64,000 bases of DNA, taken from Candidatus Fraserbacteria bacterium (GTDB lineage Bacteria; Bipolaricaulota; Bipolaricaulia; RBG-16-55-9; DRXL01). The position numbers and the translations under genes are program-made. The notes below the pieces were generated by a model. The model was not told the origin of the DNA. It made no database searches and saw only the letters and a list, made by a program, of their open reading frames with translations. Below, piece by piece: positions 29,862 through 39,880 of the stretch. Every line of letters starts with the position of its first letter. Positions within the stretch are counted from its first letter, which is position 1. The DNA lies in assembly GCA_947085185.1 (NCBI GenBank), contig CAMTVK010000002.1:128001-192000 (forward strand), in the 5' to 3' direction.

Positions 29862-29887
29862 GTCGCCGCAGGGAAGCTGGAGGTTCA
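29862..29887 (-). promoter_or_regulatory. Candidate autoregulatory ECF promoter TGAACC-N16-CGAC
   Basis: Fits the AAC-N16-CG ECF pattern, about 35 bp upstream of the sigma gene. Confidence 0.55.
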
Positions 29888-29893
29888 AGCCCA

Positions 29894-31183
29894 CTATTGT
29901 GGGGATGAACTCATAAGCTGCGCTTTGAGGGCAGCCAGCTCTGCTTGTCGTGCATAATCTATAGCTTCGCCCAAGAGGCGCGCGGCCTCTTGTGGGCTGT
30001 GGAAGCCCATGCTGTTCTCAGCGGAGATGAAGTCCCACCGCAGCTGTGCTTTTCGGTGCATAAGGCGTGCCTCTTGCAGGGCTGCATCGCTTGCGCCGGC
30101 TTCTTTGGCGGCCTTGATCGCATCGATCGCTGCAATGATGGCCAATTCGGCGCGCACCAGAAGAGCATGCGTGCGATCTTGGATGCGCTCCACGCGCTCG
30201 CGCAGCTCTTGCTCGGAAGCTCGATGGCATGTCATGCACGACCCCGCGATGTTGACAAGCGGGCTGCGCACCCAGTGATCGCTAATCTTGATGGCTCCCT
30301 CACGCTTGTAGGGCATATGGCAATCGGCGCACGAGACACCTGCTTGGTAGTGGATCCCCGTCGTAAACAGCTCAAATTCGGGGTGCTGCATCTTGAGCAA
30401 CGGTGCGCCCGTCTCAGCGTGGGTGAAATCCTTGAACCCATATTCGTCATAGAATCTCTCGATGTCATCTAGGGTCCAGCCCTTGTCCCAGGGGAAGACG
30501 AGATACTTGCCCTCGCCTCGAAAGTAATACTCAACGTGGCATTGCGCGCACACATACGTCCGCATCTCTTGGCGGGTTGCCTGGGAGATATCTACCCCGC
30601 GACGTTGCAGCGCCTCAAGGAGCGCCGGACGCGAGATTCTCAGATTCATAGTTGTGGCATCATGGCAGTCTACACATGAGATGCCGTGCTGCGCTTTGGC
30701 GGCCCACTCAGCGAAAGGCGTCGCATAGAACTGCGCTGGGGAGCCGGCTTCTTCGAGAAAACCCGGCACATTCCCGCTCTTGCAGGTCATACAGGTGCCC
30801 GCTTTGGGCTGGCGCTGGGTCTCTTTCACATCGACAAGAGACCAGGCATGGCCGCGTTCCTCTTTGTAATCGACCGAGAAGGGATTTCCGGCAAAGAGCC
30901 GGTTTAGCCTGGGGTTCTCCTCAACTTTTTGGTACGGCACCGAGCCTCCGTACTTCGTGCGTTCGTTTGACTCGCGGGTTCTTAAGTAGCCTGCGTACTG
31001 GCGCGGCCAATTCTGCCCCCAGACGGCCGGATCGGGCTCGTTTTTGGCAATCTCTAGAAGACGTCGTGAGGCCTCCTCGGCTTCGCGCTTGCGCTCCATA
31101 ATATTCACCAGGAGCGCCGTCACCCCGGCAGTCACGCCCACCACCATCAGAAAGAGCACGCTCCACAGCACGATGCGCTTCAT
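29894..31183 (-). CDS. nrfA: Ammonia-forming cytochrome c nitrite reductase, catalytic subunit
   Basis: CMTCK plus four CxxCH motifs; CHVEYYF, KMQHPE and ENSMGFH. Confidence 0.95.
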   Translation of the reverse strand: MKRIVLWSVLFLMVVGVTAGVTALLVNIMERKREAEEASRRLLEIAKNEPDPAVWGQNWPRQYAGYLRTRESNERTKYGGSVPYQKVEENPRLNRLFAGNPFSVDYKEERGHAWSLVDVKETQRQPKAGTCMTCKSGNVPGFLEEAGSPAQFYATPFAEWAAKAQHGISCVDCHDATTMNLRISRPALLEALQRRGVDISQATRQEMRTYVCAQCHVEYYFRGEGKYLVFPWDKGWTLDDIERFYDEYGFKDFTHAETGAPLLKMQHPEFELFTTGIHYQAGVSCADCHMPYKREGAIKISDHWVRSPLVNIAGSCMTCHRASEQELRERVERIQDRTHALLVRAELAIIAAIDAIKAAKEAGASDAALQEARLMHRKAQLRWDFISAENSMGFHSPQEAARLLGEAIDYARQAELAALKAQLMSSSPQ

Positions 31184-31234
31184 GATGACCTCCTCACAGT
31201 GCTTGAACTTTCAGCTTGGAACTGCAAACTGCTC

Positions 31235-31684
31235 TCACGGCCCATGACCCACCCCACGGTGGCACTCAAAGCAATATCTCTCAAAGTTCCCCTGATGGAC
31301 GATCTCGCTGACGAGGACCTTATGGCAATCTATACAGTTTTCTTGGAGGATCTGACGATTGAACGCTGTTATACGGATCGGTTCAGGGAAATTTTGCAGC
31401 GTGAACGCAACGCTATGCCGGAAGCCATTGTGTGCCTTAGAGATCCATTTGCCCAACGGATCGTGAGAGACATGGCAGGCATTGCAGGTGGCGACAGCCT
31501 GATGGCTGGAGCGTGACCAGCTGATATAGACATCGTTCATGATATGGCAATTGACGCAAGCGCGGGGATCATCGGAAAAGTAAGAACCTCCGCGGGCATA
31601 GAGAAACGTAAATATCCCGATGCCCAGCGCTATGGCGAGCGCAGCAAAGACCGCAAGTTTCGGCAAGAACCAAGCTCGCATCAT
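31235..31684 (-). CDS. nrfH: Cytochrome c nitrite reductase small subunit (NapC/NirT family)
   Basis: N-terminal TM; four CxxCH motifs (CVNCH, CNACH, CIDCH, CFECH); start placed at ATG 31684. Confidence 0.93.
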   Translation of the reverse strand: MMRAWFLPKLAVFAALAIALGIGIFTFLYARGGSYFSDDPRACVNCHIMNDVYISWSRSSHQAVATCNACHVSHDPLGKWISKAHNGFRHSVAFTLQNFPEPIRITAFNRQILQENCIDCHKVLVSEIVHQGNFERYCFECHRGVGHGP

Positions 31685-31814
31685 GCTATATATTCTGCCG
31701 GTGCATTGCCGGCCCGTCCCATGACGGACGTCATGGTTTTTGATGACTTCTGTCGGGGGCATTCTAGCGGGTCTCGAAAGATAGGGCAAATTGGGCAGCA
31801 GGCGAGCAGGACGC

Positions 31815-31843
31815 TTGACGGACGGAATCTGGTGGGCTACACT
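31815..31843 (+). promoter_or_regulatory. Promoter of the tRNA operon, TTGACG-N17-TACACT
   Basis: 8 bp upstream of tRNA-Arg. Confidence 0.7.
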
Positions 31844-31851
31844 TAGGGCGT

Positions 31852-31927
31852 GCGCCCGTAGCTCAATGGGAAGAGCAGCGGCCTTCGGAGCCGCGGGTTG
31901 GGGGTTCAAGTCCCTCCGGGCGCGCCA
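31852..31927 (+). tRNA. tRNA-Arg (anticodon UCG)
   Basis: Acceptor GCGCCCG/CGGGCGC; anticodon arm GCGGC-CTTCGGA-GCCGC; GGTTCAAGTCC T-arm; encoded CCA. Confidence 0.95.
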
Positions 31928-32009
31928 CCAGGCTTTGCCTGGACCGTACATCGTGCCGCCGAAGGCGGCACGGCGAATAGTCCAGACGGAGTCTGGCCTG
32001 GCGAAGCGT

Positions 32010-32091
<82 letters not shown>

Positions 32092-33084
32092 CTAGCGCAC
32101 TGGCTCTGCTAGCTGCGCTACTGCCCCTACTACAGTTTGGACGATTCGCTTCGCGTACGAGAGATTGACCGCTTCGAGCGTGTCCCCCCTCGTGTGATAG
32201 TACGGATTAAAATCTTCGGTCTCGCCCAGCTCCGTGTCTTCTATCAGCAAGACCGCGGGATAGCCCTGTCTCGCAAACGATGTGTGATCGCTCCAGGGGG
32301 GAGCTTCGTTAGGCACCTGGGGGGTTAAAGATAAATTATAGTGATTCGCCGTGGCTATGAGCAGCTCCGCGAGCTGAAAAGAGTCTTCGTCTGGGGCTTG
32401 GATCTCGAAGATCCCATTGTCGTCGCTGTCGTAGCCGATCATGTCCATATTAAAAACGCCCAGAATCTGCGCGCCCTCGCGCTTGAGCCGCCCGGCATAC
32501 GCGCGGCTGCCCACAAGCCCTTGCTCCTCCCCACTGAAGAGCACAAAATAAATAGAACGCTTGAACTTATACTGACTCAAAACTCGCGCGGCCTCCAGCA
32601 CGCCCGCGCTGCCGCTGGCGTTGTCGTCGGCCCCTGGGGCGACTCGGCTGGAGCTGACCCCCTGCGCGACGCTGTCCAGATGCGCTGTGATCAGAATAAT
32701 TGGGCCGTGGGGGTCTGCGCCCGGCAGGACCGCTTCGAGATTGTACGACAGCCCTGCCCGACATGAGAGCGAATACGGGTCGAGCTTCGTCTGCAAGCCC
32801 AGACTCTCAAAATACTGGCGTCCGTACTCTAAAGCGCGGTCAATAGCCGGGCCGTCACAGGACCAACGCGATCCTTGGGCATTGCACGCTTCCCCGATCT
32901 CGGCAGACTGCCATTGACAGATGTGCTCGCGCAAGTGAGCTTCTTGCACCTGCGCGATGATCTCTGCAATGAACGGATCTGCAGGCTGCAGCGCTGCTTC
33001 TACTGACGGAAACTGAGAGACAAAAGCTCCCAGCGTCCCGAAGAACAAAAAGACAACGCTCATGCCAAGAAGAACTCGTTTCAT
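32092..33084 (-). CDS. Secreted M28-family metallo-aminopeptidase
   Basis: Signal peptide; AHLDS, GADDNASG, GEEQGL, NMDM, SDH and YYHT motifs. Confidence 0.93.
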   Translation of the reverse strand: MKRVLLGMSVVFLFFGTLGAFVSQFPSVEAALQPADPFIAEIIAQVQEAHLREHICQWQSAEIGEACNAQGSRWSCDGPAIDRALEYGRQYFESLGLQTKLDPYSLSCRAGLSYNLEAVLPGADPHGPIILITAHLDSVAQGVSSSRVAPGADDNASGSAGVLEAARVLSQYKFKRSIYFVLFSGEEQGLVGSRAYAGRLKREGAQILGVFNMDMIGYDSDDNGIFEIQAPDEDSFQLAELLIATANHYNLSLTPQVPNEAPPWSDHTSFARQGYPAVLLIEDTELGETEDFNPYYHTRGDTLEAVNLSYAKRIVQTVVGAVAQLAEPVR

Positions 33085-33214
33085 AGAGAGACTCACCTCA
33101 TGGCAGCTATTTTGACAGGTTTTCCGAAGATGTCAAGTGCAGTGCCAAGATGCGAGTGCCTTCAGTTTTTTGTAAAATCAAAAAATTCTACGACTAGAGC
33201 AAGGAGGCCTCGCC

Positions 33215-34744
33215 GTGAGCTCGGTGATAGACCAAGACCTCAAGCTCTCCCAAGCTCGGTGGAACCTTGAACCCCCAGCTCTGTATGAAGAAGCTATTCA
33301 GCGAAACGAGGCGCGCTTGGCCCACAGTGGTGCCTTGGTCGCTTATACCGGCAAGCACACCGGGCGATCCCCTCAGGATAAATTTCTCGTCAAGGAGCCA
33401 AGCAACGCTCAAAAGATCTGGTGGGGCCCAGTCAATGCCCCCATCACCCCTGAACAGTTCGAGCGGCTCTACGAACGCCTCTGCGCTCATCTTAAGGCGC
33501 AAAAGATCTTCGTGCAAGACTTAGAAGTCTGTGCTGCCCCACGCTATCGCGTCCCGATCCGCGTCATCACGGAATACGCTTGGCATAGCTTGTTCGCGCG
33601 AAATCTCTTTCTGAGATCTCGACGGAAGCCTCACAGCCCGGAGATCACCGTCATCTGCGCTCCGTCGTTCCAGGCCATCCCTGAACGCGATGGCACGCGC
33701 TCAGAGACGTTCATCATTCTGCATCTGACAAGAAAGATCATCCTCATCGGGGGAACATCGTACGCCGGCGAGCTCAAAAAGTCCGTCTTCACGCTATTAA
33801 ATTATTTATTGCCACACCAGGGCGTCTTGCCCATGCACTGCTCAGCCAATCAGGGCTCTGACGGCCAGACGGCTCTCTTCTTTGGGCTCTCCGGCACGGG
33901 CAAGACAACGCTCTCCACCGACCCTAACAGACCCCTCATCGGCGACGACGAGCACGGCTGGTCCGATGACGGGGTGTTCAATTTTGAAGGCGGTTGCTAC
34001 GCCAAAGTCATCGGCCTGCGCCGCGAGACCGAACCTGAGATCTATCATGCGGTTCACAGATTTGGCACAATCTTGGAGAACGTGGTCTTGGAGGAGCCTC
34101 AGCGAACGATTCGCTTCGACGACGCTTCGATCACCGAGAATACCCGTGCGGCTTATCCCATAGAGTTTCTCCCCCATATCTGTCCCACGGGTATGGGGCC
34201 TCATCCCCGCACGATCTTCTTCTTGACGTACGATGCGTTCGGGGTGCTGCCGCCCATCTCGCTGCTCTCTGAGGAGCAAGCGATCGCATATTTTCTCTTG
34301 GGCTATACGGCGAAGGTGGCCGGCACCGAGCGTGGCGTAGCCAAGCCGGTGCCCACGTTGAGCCCGTGCTTTGGCGGACCGTTCTTGCCCATGTCCCCCC
34401 AGACTTATGCCCAGATGCTGCGCGAGCGTCTCCGGCGCTATCACGTCAGGGTATGGCTCTTAAATACCGGTACTCTAGGGGGGCCCTACGGCGTCGGCAA
34501 GAGAATCTCTCTCCCGCACACGCGCGCGCTGGTGCATGCGGCCCTGGACGGCTCGCTCGAGCGCGTCCCTTTCGAAGAGAACTCGTATTTTCAACTGCGC
34601 TTCCCCGCGTTCTGCCCAGGGCTGCCGGACTTTGTCACAAACCCTCAAAAGGCTTGGAAAGATCATCACGAATACGCAAGCACAGCTCAGGAACTGACTC
34701 AACTCTTTCGGGAACACCTGAAAATTTTCGGAGGTCCATCATGA
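33215..34744 (+). CDS. pckA: Phosphoenolpyruvate carboxykinase (ATP)
   Basis: TGRSPQDK, YAGELKK, FGLSGTGKTTLS, GDDEHGW and NFEGGCYAK motifs. Confidence 0.97.
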   Translation: MSSVIDQDLKLSQARWNLEPPALYEEAIQRNEARLAHSGALVAYTGKHTGRSPQDKFLVKEPSNAQKIWWGPVNAPITPEQFERLYERLCAHLKAQKIFVQDLEVCAAPRYRVPIRVITEYAWHSLFARNLFLRSRRKPHSPEITVICAPSFQAIPERDGTRSETFIILHLTRKIILIGGTSYAGELKKSVFTLLNYLLPHQGVLPMHCSANQGSDGQTALFFGLSGTGKTTLSTDPNRPLIGDDEHGWSDDGVFNFEGGCYAKVIGLRRETEPEIYHAVHRFGTILENVVLEEPQRTIRFDDASITENTRAAYPIEFLPHICPTGMGPHPRTIFFLTYDAFGVLPPISLLSEEQAIAYFLLGYTAKVAGTERGVAKPVPTLSPCFGGPFLPMSPQTYAQMLRERLRRYHVRVWLLNTGTLGGPYGVGKRISLPHTRALVHAALDGSLERVPFEENSYFQLRFPAFCPGLPDFVTNPQKAWKDHHEYASTAQELTQLFREHLKIFGGPS

Positions 34745-34794
34745 GCAGCGAAGCCTCGTGCTCTTGTGGGGTGGAGGGCATCATTGCGGCCGAG

Positions 34795-35790
34795 ATGAAT
34801 TACGCGATCATCGGTGCTGGGGGCTGGGGGACGGCCTTAGCTCGGCTTCTGGCGCGCAAGGGCTCGAGGGTACGGCTCTGGGCGCGGCGCCCTCAGTTCG
34901 CCCAGGAGCTCGATATTCTCCGAGAGAACAGACCGTATCTGCCGGGGGTCTCTTTGCCCAAGGATCATCTCACGATCACAAGCGATCTGAGCCATGCTGT
35001 CGAGGACGCCGACGTCGTGCTTCTGGCCGTGCCGTCGTTTGCCATGCGCGAGATCGCTCAAAAACTCAAATCCGTGCGCGCTCACCCTCGGGCGTGGATC
35101 AATCTCGCCAAGGGGCTGGAGCGCGACTCGTTGCTCACGATGTCGTCGGTCTTGCGAGAAGAACTCCAGACTGACAATATCTTTACGCTCTCTGGCCCAA
35201 GCCACGCTGAGGAGGTCGGGCGTGACTTTCCTACAAGCGTCGTGTTAGCTGGCACAGAGCTCGCCCTTGGGGAGCACCTGCAGCGAGCTTTGATGACCGA
35301 ACGATTTCGGGTCTATCTCAGCGATGATCTGCTCGGTGTTGAATACGGGGGCACAGTGAAAAATATCATTGCGCTTGCTGCGGGAATTCTCGAGGGTTTA
35401 GGCTACGGAGACAACGCCAAGGCGGCTCTCATCGCCCGGGGGTTAGCAGAGATGGTACGGCTGGGAGTGAGACTCGGAGCGCGGCGCGAGACGTTCTTTG
35501 GGCTCTCTGGGGTGGGCGATCTGGTCGCGACCTGCACGAGTGAACACTCGCGCAACCGTCGGGTGGGATATCGTTTGGGCCAAGGGGAGTCGCTCCAAAA
35601 GATCTTAGAGAGCCAGACTTTTGTCGCTGAGGGCATCTATGCGACGGTGGCCGTGCGCACTCTGGCAAGAACGCACAACGTCGAAGTCCCCATCACCGAA
35701 GCTGTGTACGCTGTGCTCTACGAGGGGGCCAATCCCCTCGATCAGCTCAACGCCCTGATGACCCGTGAACCCAAGAGAGAGATTTTATAG
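34795..35790 (+). CDS. gpsA: NAD(P)H-dependent glycerol-3-phosphate dehydrogenase (alternative start 34741)
   Basis: GAGGWGTALA, SGPSHA, KNIIALAAG and GDLVATC..SRN motifs. Confidence 0.95.
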   Translation: MNYAIIGAGGWGTALARLLARKGSRVRLWARRPQFAQELDILRENRPYLPGVSLPKDHLTITSDLSHAVEDADVVLLAVPSFAMREIAQKLKSVRAHPRAWINLAKGLERDSLLTMSSVLREELQTDNIFTLSGPSHAEEVGRDFPTSVVLAGTELALGEHLQRALMTERFRVYLSDDLLGVEYGGTVKNIIALAAGILEGLGYGDNAKAALIARGLAEMVRLGVRLGARRETFFGLSGVGDLVATCTSEHSRNRRVGYRLGQGESLQKILESQTFVAEGIYATVAVRTLARTHNVEVPITEAVYAVLYEGANPLDQLNALMTREPKREIL

Positions 35791-35811
35791 TAAAGAGAAG
35801 GAGCCAAAACT

Positions 35812-36903
35812 ATGGTGAAGCGCACACCCCTCTATGAGGCCCATCGGCGCTTGGGCGCGAAGATGGTTGAGTTTGGCGGTTGGGAGATGCCTATTCAGTA
35901 CACGGGCATACTCGAGGAGCATCACACAGTTCGGAGCTCCGTGGGGGTCTTTGATGTCAGCCACATGGGCGAGATCGAGATCGCTGGGACAGGCGCGCTC
36001 GATCTTGTGCAGAAGCTCATCACCAATGACGCCAGCGCACTCAAGGACTATCAGGTGCTCTACTCCCCCATGTGCTATGAGTCCGGCGGCACCGTGGATG
36101 ATCTGTTAGTCTATAAACTTCCCGATCGCTTCTTGCTTGTCGTGAACGCCGCCAATACTGAGAAAGACTTTGCCTGGGTGCAGCAGAACGCCAGAGAATT
36201 CTCTCACGTCACGGTGAAGAACGCCAGTGCCGACTACGGCCAGATCGCGATCCAAGGACCTAAGGCCCAAGAGCTGCTGCAGCCGCTCGCAGAATGCCCT
36301 CTCACAGATTTGAGATATTATTGGGCGACGCAGACGCGCGTGCTCGACACTGAAGTGTTGCTCTCGCGCACCGGCTACACTGGAGAAGACGGCTTTGAGA
36401 TCTACGCTGCGCCGAGCGTCATTGTGCGCATATGGGAGGAGCTTGTGCGCCTGGGGATGAAACCCATTGGGTTGGGGGCGCGTGATACACTGCGCTTCGA
36501 AGCAGGGATGCCCCTCTATGGCCATGAACTTGACGAACGGACGACGCCCATTGAAGCGGGCTTAGGCTGGACGGTCAAAGAGAAAGACTCTGACTACAAC
36601 GGCAAAAGAATCCTGCTCCGGCAAAAGAGAGAGGGCACGGCGAAGAAGCTCATTGGGCTGAAGATGCTCGAGCCGGGCGTGCCGCGCCAGGGCTACACAA
36701 TCTTCGCAGACGACCAAGAGGTCGGGGTCGTCACCAGCGGCATGTTCGCCCCCTCGGTCAACGCGTTTCTCGCTATGGCATTTGTGGCATCTGGGCTCTC
36801 CGAGAGCGTACCGCTTACGGTAGAGATCCGAGGGCAGAAGAAGCGCGCTCAGATCACGAAGATCCCGTTCTATCGGGGCAGCGTGCGTCGCTCCTCATTA
36901 TGA
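35812..36903 (+). CDS. gcvT: Glycine cleavage system aminomethyltransferase T
   Basis: FGGWEMP, FDVSHMG, RTGYTGEDGFE and GLGARDTLRFEAG motifs. Confidence 0.97.
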   Translation: MVKRTPLYEAHRRLGAKMVEFGGWEMPIQYTGILEEHHTVRSSVGVFDVSHMGEIEIAGTGALDLVQKLITNDASALKDYQVLYSPMCYESGGTVDDLLVYKLPDRFLLVVNAANTEKDFAWVQQNAREFSHVTVKNASADYGQIAIQGPKAQELLQPLAECPLTDLRYYWATQTRVLDTEVLLSRTGYTGEDGFEIYAAPSVIVRIWEELVRLGMKPIGLGARDTLRFEAGMPLYGHELDERTTPIEAGLGWTVKEKDSDYNGKRILLRQKREGTAKKLIGLKMLEPGVPRQGYTIFADDQEVGVVTSGMFAPSVNAFLAMAFVASGLSESVPLTVEIRGQKKRAQITKIPFYRGSVRRSSL

Positions 36904-37550
36904 CCATACTCGATCTTGGAATGCGCGACTACAAAGAGATCTGGCGCTTGCAGAAAGGATTCGTGGCGCGCCGTCAGGCCGGAGAAATCTCAGATACGTT
37001 GCTCATAGTTGAACATCCGCCGGTCTTCACCGTGGGGCGGGCTTGGCGCGGCGTTCACCCTCAAGAGATCGGCTCTATTCCGTGTATTGCTATCGAGCGT
37101 GGGGGCGATATAACGTTCCATGGGCCGGGTCAGCTTGTAGGCTACCCCATTATAGATTTAAGAAGACATGGCCGCGACGTCCATCGCTTCCTGCGCGACC
37201 TTGAAGAAGTGCTCATACGCACCCTTCAAGACTTCTCTCTCGACGCCCAGCGTCGGCCGGGCTTGACCGGCGTCTGGGTTGGCTCAAAGAAGATCGCTTC
37301 GATCGGGATCGCGCTGAGCCACTGGGTGAGCTATCACGGGTTTGCTCTGAACGTATCTGTAGATCTACGCTATTTCCGCATGATCCGTCCCTGCGGGCTC
37401 GACGGCACCGTGATGACTTCGATGCGCGAGCTTCTGGGGCGAGAGATAGCTCTCGCTGCCGTGAAGCCTGCTCTGTGTGCACACTGGGCGGAGCTCTTCT
37501 GGAACGAAGATCACGTTCTGAACGTAGCGTCGGTTACGCTCCAGTATTGA
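36900..37550 (+). CDS. lipB: Octanoyltransferase
   Basis: EHPPVFT, RGGDITFHGPGQLVGYP, KIASIG, HGFALN and PCG motifs. Confidence 0.95.
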   Translation: MTILDLGMRDYKEIWRLQKGFVARRQAGEISDTLLIVEHPPVFTVGRAWRGVHPQEIGSIPCIAIERGGDITFHGPGQLVGYPIIDLRRHGRDVHRFLRDLEEVLIRTLQDFSLDAQRRPGLTGVWVGSKKIASIGIALSHWVSYHGFALNVSVDLRYFRMIRPCGLDGTVMTSMRELLGREIALAAVKPALCAHWAELFWNEDHVLNVASVTLQY

Positions 37551-37594
37551 CTCTTGCCCCCACTTTCGGCTAGACTCAAAGATGGTGAACGAAC

Positions 37595-39697
37595 GTGAGG
37601 AAGTTCTTGATGGCCCTTGGGCTGATCGTGCTCACGGTTCAGATAGCCCTTGTTGCTCAGACGCCCCAGCTGCAAGTTGATTTGCTCATAGATCCTGATA
37701 CGATCTTCACAAAAAGTAGTGGGCAATCTCCAGATTCAGCAGCCGTGAAGATTCTGCTGCGCGGGCTGCCCGCCCCAGAAAGACCTATTGACGTAGTTTT
37801 CTTGTTAGATCGCTCTGCCAGCGTCAATCTTGCAACGGTGAAGAAGATCGGCAAAGAGCTTTTGCAACACCTCACCGAGAACGATCAGATCGCTGTGATA
37901 GGCTTTGCCGAGACGGCCGAGATGTTGATCCCGCTCTCGCCCGATCGCGCCCAGGTCTATCAAATTATTGACGGAGCCCAGCCGGGCAAGAAGACCGCCC
38001 TGGGCGAGGCCCTCGCGCTGGCTGTGGATGAGCTTCTCAGTCATGGCCGTCCTGAGGCCATGCGCGCGATCATCCTGCCCTCCGATGGCAACAGTCTCGT
38101 AGGGCGCCTGCCCCTGCCGGAAGCCCAACGAGCCGGAGAGAATAATATACCCATCTATGCGCTCGGCATCAGCGGCGCTATGAACAGAGTAGCCCTCAGC
38201 CAGATCGCGCAGCAGTCTGGGGGAGCGTTCTTTGGGAGTTATAACGCCCAAGTTTATGAGGGAATTCTGAAGAAGCTTGGTCGTCAGGCTGTGGCGCGCT
38301 TCGTGCGGCTCACTGTGACACTTCCTGAACAGATCATCTTTGAGGGGGCGTTTGAGCCCGCTCAAGTCCGCCGCGGCGCCAAGGGCGCCACCGTGCTCGA
38401 ATGGAATCTTCCCGTGGTTGTCGCCGGCGAGACCAGAACGGTCTCGTTTCAGATCGGCGCTCGCCAAAGCGGTACTCTGAAGATCGGACAACCCCCGTCC
38501 GTGATCGAATACCGTGACCCCAAGAACAAGCTGTATAAGCAGAATATCCCCACCGTGACCCTGACCGTCAACAAGATGAACAAGCCTCCTGTGGCAGCAT
38601 TTCGCTTCGCTCCTGAGACCCCAAAGATGGGCGACCAAGTTTGCTTCAACGCTGCGGAATCCCGCGATCCCGAGGGAAAGATCGTGCGCTATGAGTGGGA
38701 CTTCGACGGCGATGGGACGCCCGACGAGACGACGGCAGACCCCAAAGTCTGTCGTGTCTTTGAGTTGGCAGGGAACTTCGACGTGACGCTGCGCGTGACT
38801 GATGAAGACGGCGCGACGGCTGAGTTCACAAAGACGGTGACGATCACTGGTGTGGGGCAAGTGCCAACAGCTGTCCCCATCGCACGATTTACGTTCTCCC
38901 CTGCCGTGCCCAACGCCGGCGAGCCCGTGACGTTCGATGCTTCAGGGTCGCAATCGGGCAACGGCTCGCTCATCAAGTACGAGTGGGACTGGAACGGCGA
39001 TGGAGTCTTTGACGAGACGGTGACGGTGCCCACAGTGCAGCACACGTTCAGCGATTCTGGGCCGCGAACAGTGAAGTTGCGGGTCACGAACTCCCAAGGG
39101 CGCACTGCCGAGTTTTCGGCAACTGTGACTGTACTTGGGCGTGTTCCGTTGGGGTTTGATATCAATACTTTAGCGACGACGACGCTCGCGGGGGAGATCA
39201 GCCTTCCCAAGGGGCTTCAGTATTACACCCGGGACGGGCGCGTCACCGACGAAGAGCTGAAAGACGCAGCGACGCGCTTTGGCATTGGGGTTTACGTGCC
39301 GGGGACGCGCTATCTGCTCACCCAGCAAGATTTAGAGACGCTCAACCATCTCAATTACACTTATAAAAATTTTGCGCGCTATCGTGAGGTGAGCACGGCG
39401 CAAGCCGAAGGGTATCGTCAGTTGGGGGCTTTTGTAGAGGGTCTTGGTCAGGTCTATCTGAGCGAAAAGGTTCTGAATCAGCCGTTGGCGCTGGCGACCC
39501 CGCCGATGCTGCTCTATGACAGCTCGGGGAAGCTCGTTGGGGTGCGCTATGTCGCGTTCAAGCCCGACGAGGGGCGGCTCTTCGGGTTCGCTGTTGAGAG
39601 CTGGCCTAAGGCCGGTGCGGCGTTCGTGTTGACTATCTGGCTTGTGCCCAACCCCAACGGGCCATTTGCCGCGAGCAATCCGAATATTGGTAGGTAG
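37595..39697 (+). CDS. Secreted VWA + two PKD domain protein with extra C-terminal domain
   Basis: Signal peptide; DRSAS MIDAS; two YEWD(F/W)xGDG PKD repeats. Confidence 0.88.
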   Translation: MRKFLMALGLIVLTVQIALVAQTPQLQVDLLIDPDTIFTKSSGQSPDSAAVKILLRGLPAPERPIDVVFLLDRSASVNLATVKKIGKELLQHLTENDQIAVIGFAETAEMLIPLSPDRAQVYQIIDGAQPGKKTALGEALALAVDELLSHGRPEAMRAIILPSDGNSLVGRLPLPEAQRAGENNIPIYALGISGAMNRVALSQIAQQSGGAFFGSYNAQVYEGILKKLGRQAVARFVRLTVTLPEQIIFEGAFEPAQVRRGAKGATVLEWNLPVVVAGETRTVSFQIGARQSGTLKIGQPPSVIEYRDPKNKLYKQNIPTVTLTVNKMNKPPVAAFRFAPETPKMGDQVCFNAAESRDPEGKIVRYEWDFDGDGTPDETTADPKVCRVFELAGNFDVTLRVTDEDGATAEFTKTVTITGVGQVPTAVPIARFTFSPAVPNAGEPVTFDASGSQSGNGSLIKYEWDWNGDGVFDETVTVPTVQHTFSDSGPRTVKLRVTNSQGRTAEFSATVTVLGRVPLGFDINTLATTTLAGEISLPKGLQYYTRDGRVTDEELKDAATRFGIGVYVPGTRYLLTQQDLETLNHLNYTYKNFARYREVSTAQAEGYRQLGAFVEGLGQVYLSEKVLNQPLALATPPMLLYDSSGKLVGVRYVAFKPDEGRLFGFAVESWPKAGAAFVLTIWLVPNPNGPFAASNPNIGR

Positions 39698-39880
39698 AAA
39701 AGCCACCTTCACCTCAGGCACGGAGTTAGGGAAAGCCGGAGCACATCCCTCTTCAGGACAAACAAATTGTACCAGCATGTCGATGCACTTCTCTCCAAGG
39801 CATATTTTAAATATTGGCTCTGTAGAAATCCTCCCCTGAAGGAAGTATACCAGTCAAGTAAGCTCACCCCCAGCTTCACC

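Noticed and set aside
34366..34740. Long N-terminal extension of gpsA
   Set aside because: Overlaps pckA out of frame; homology starts at MNYAIIG
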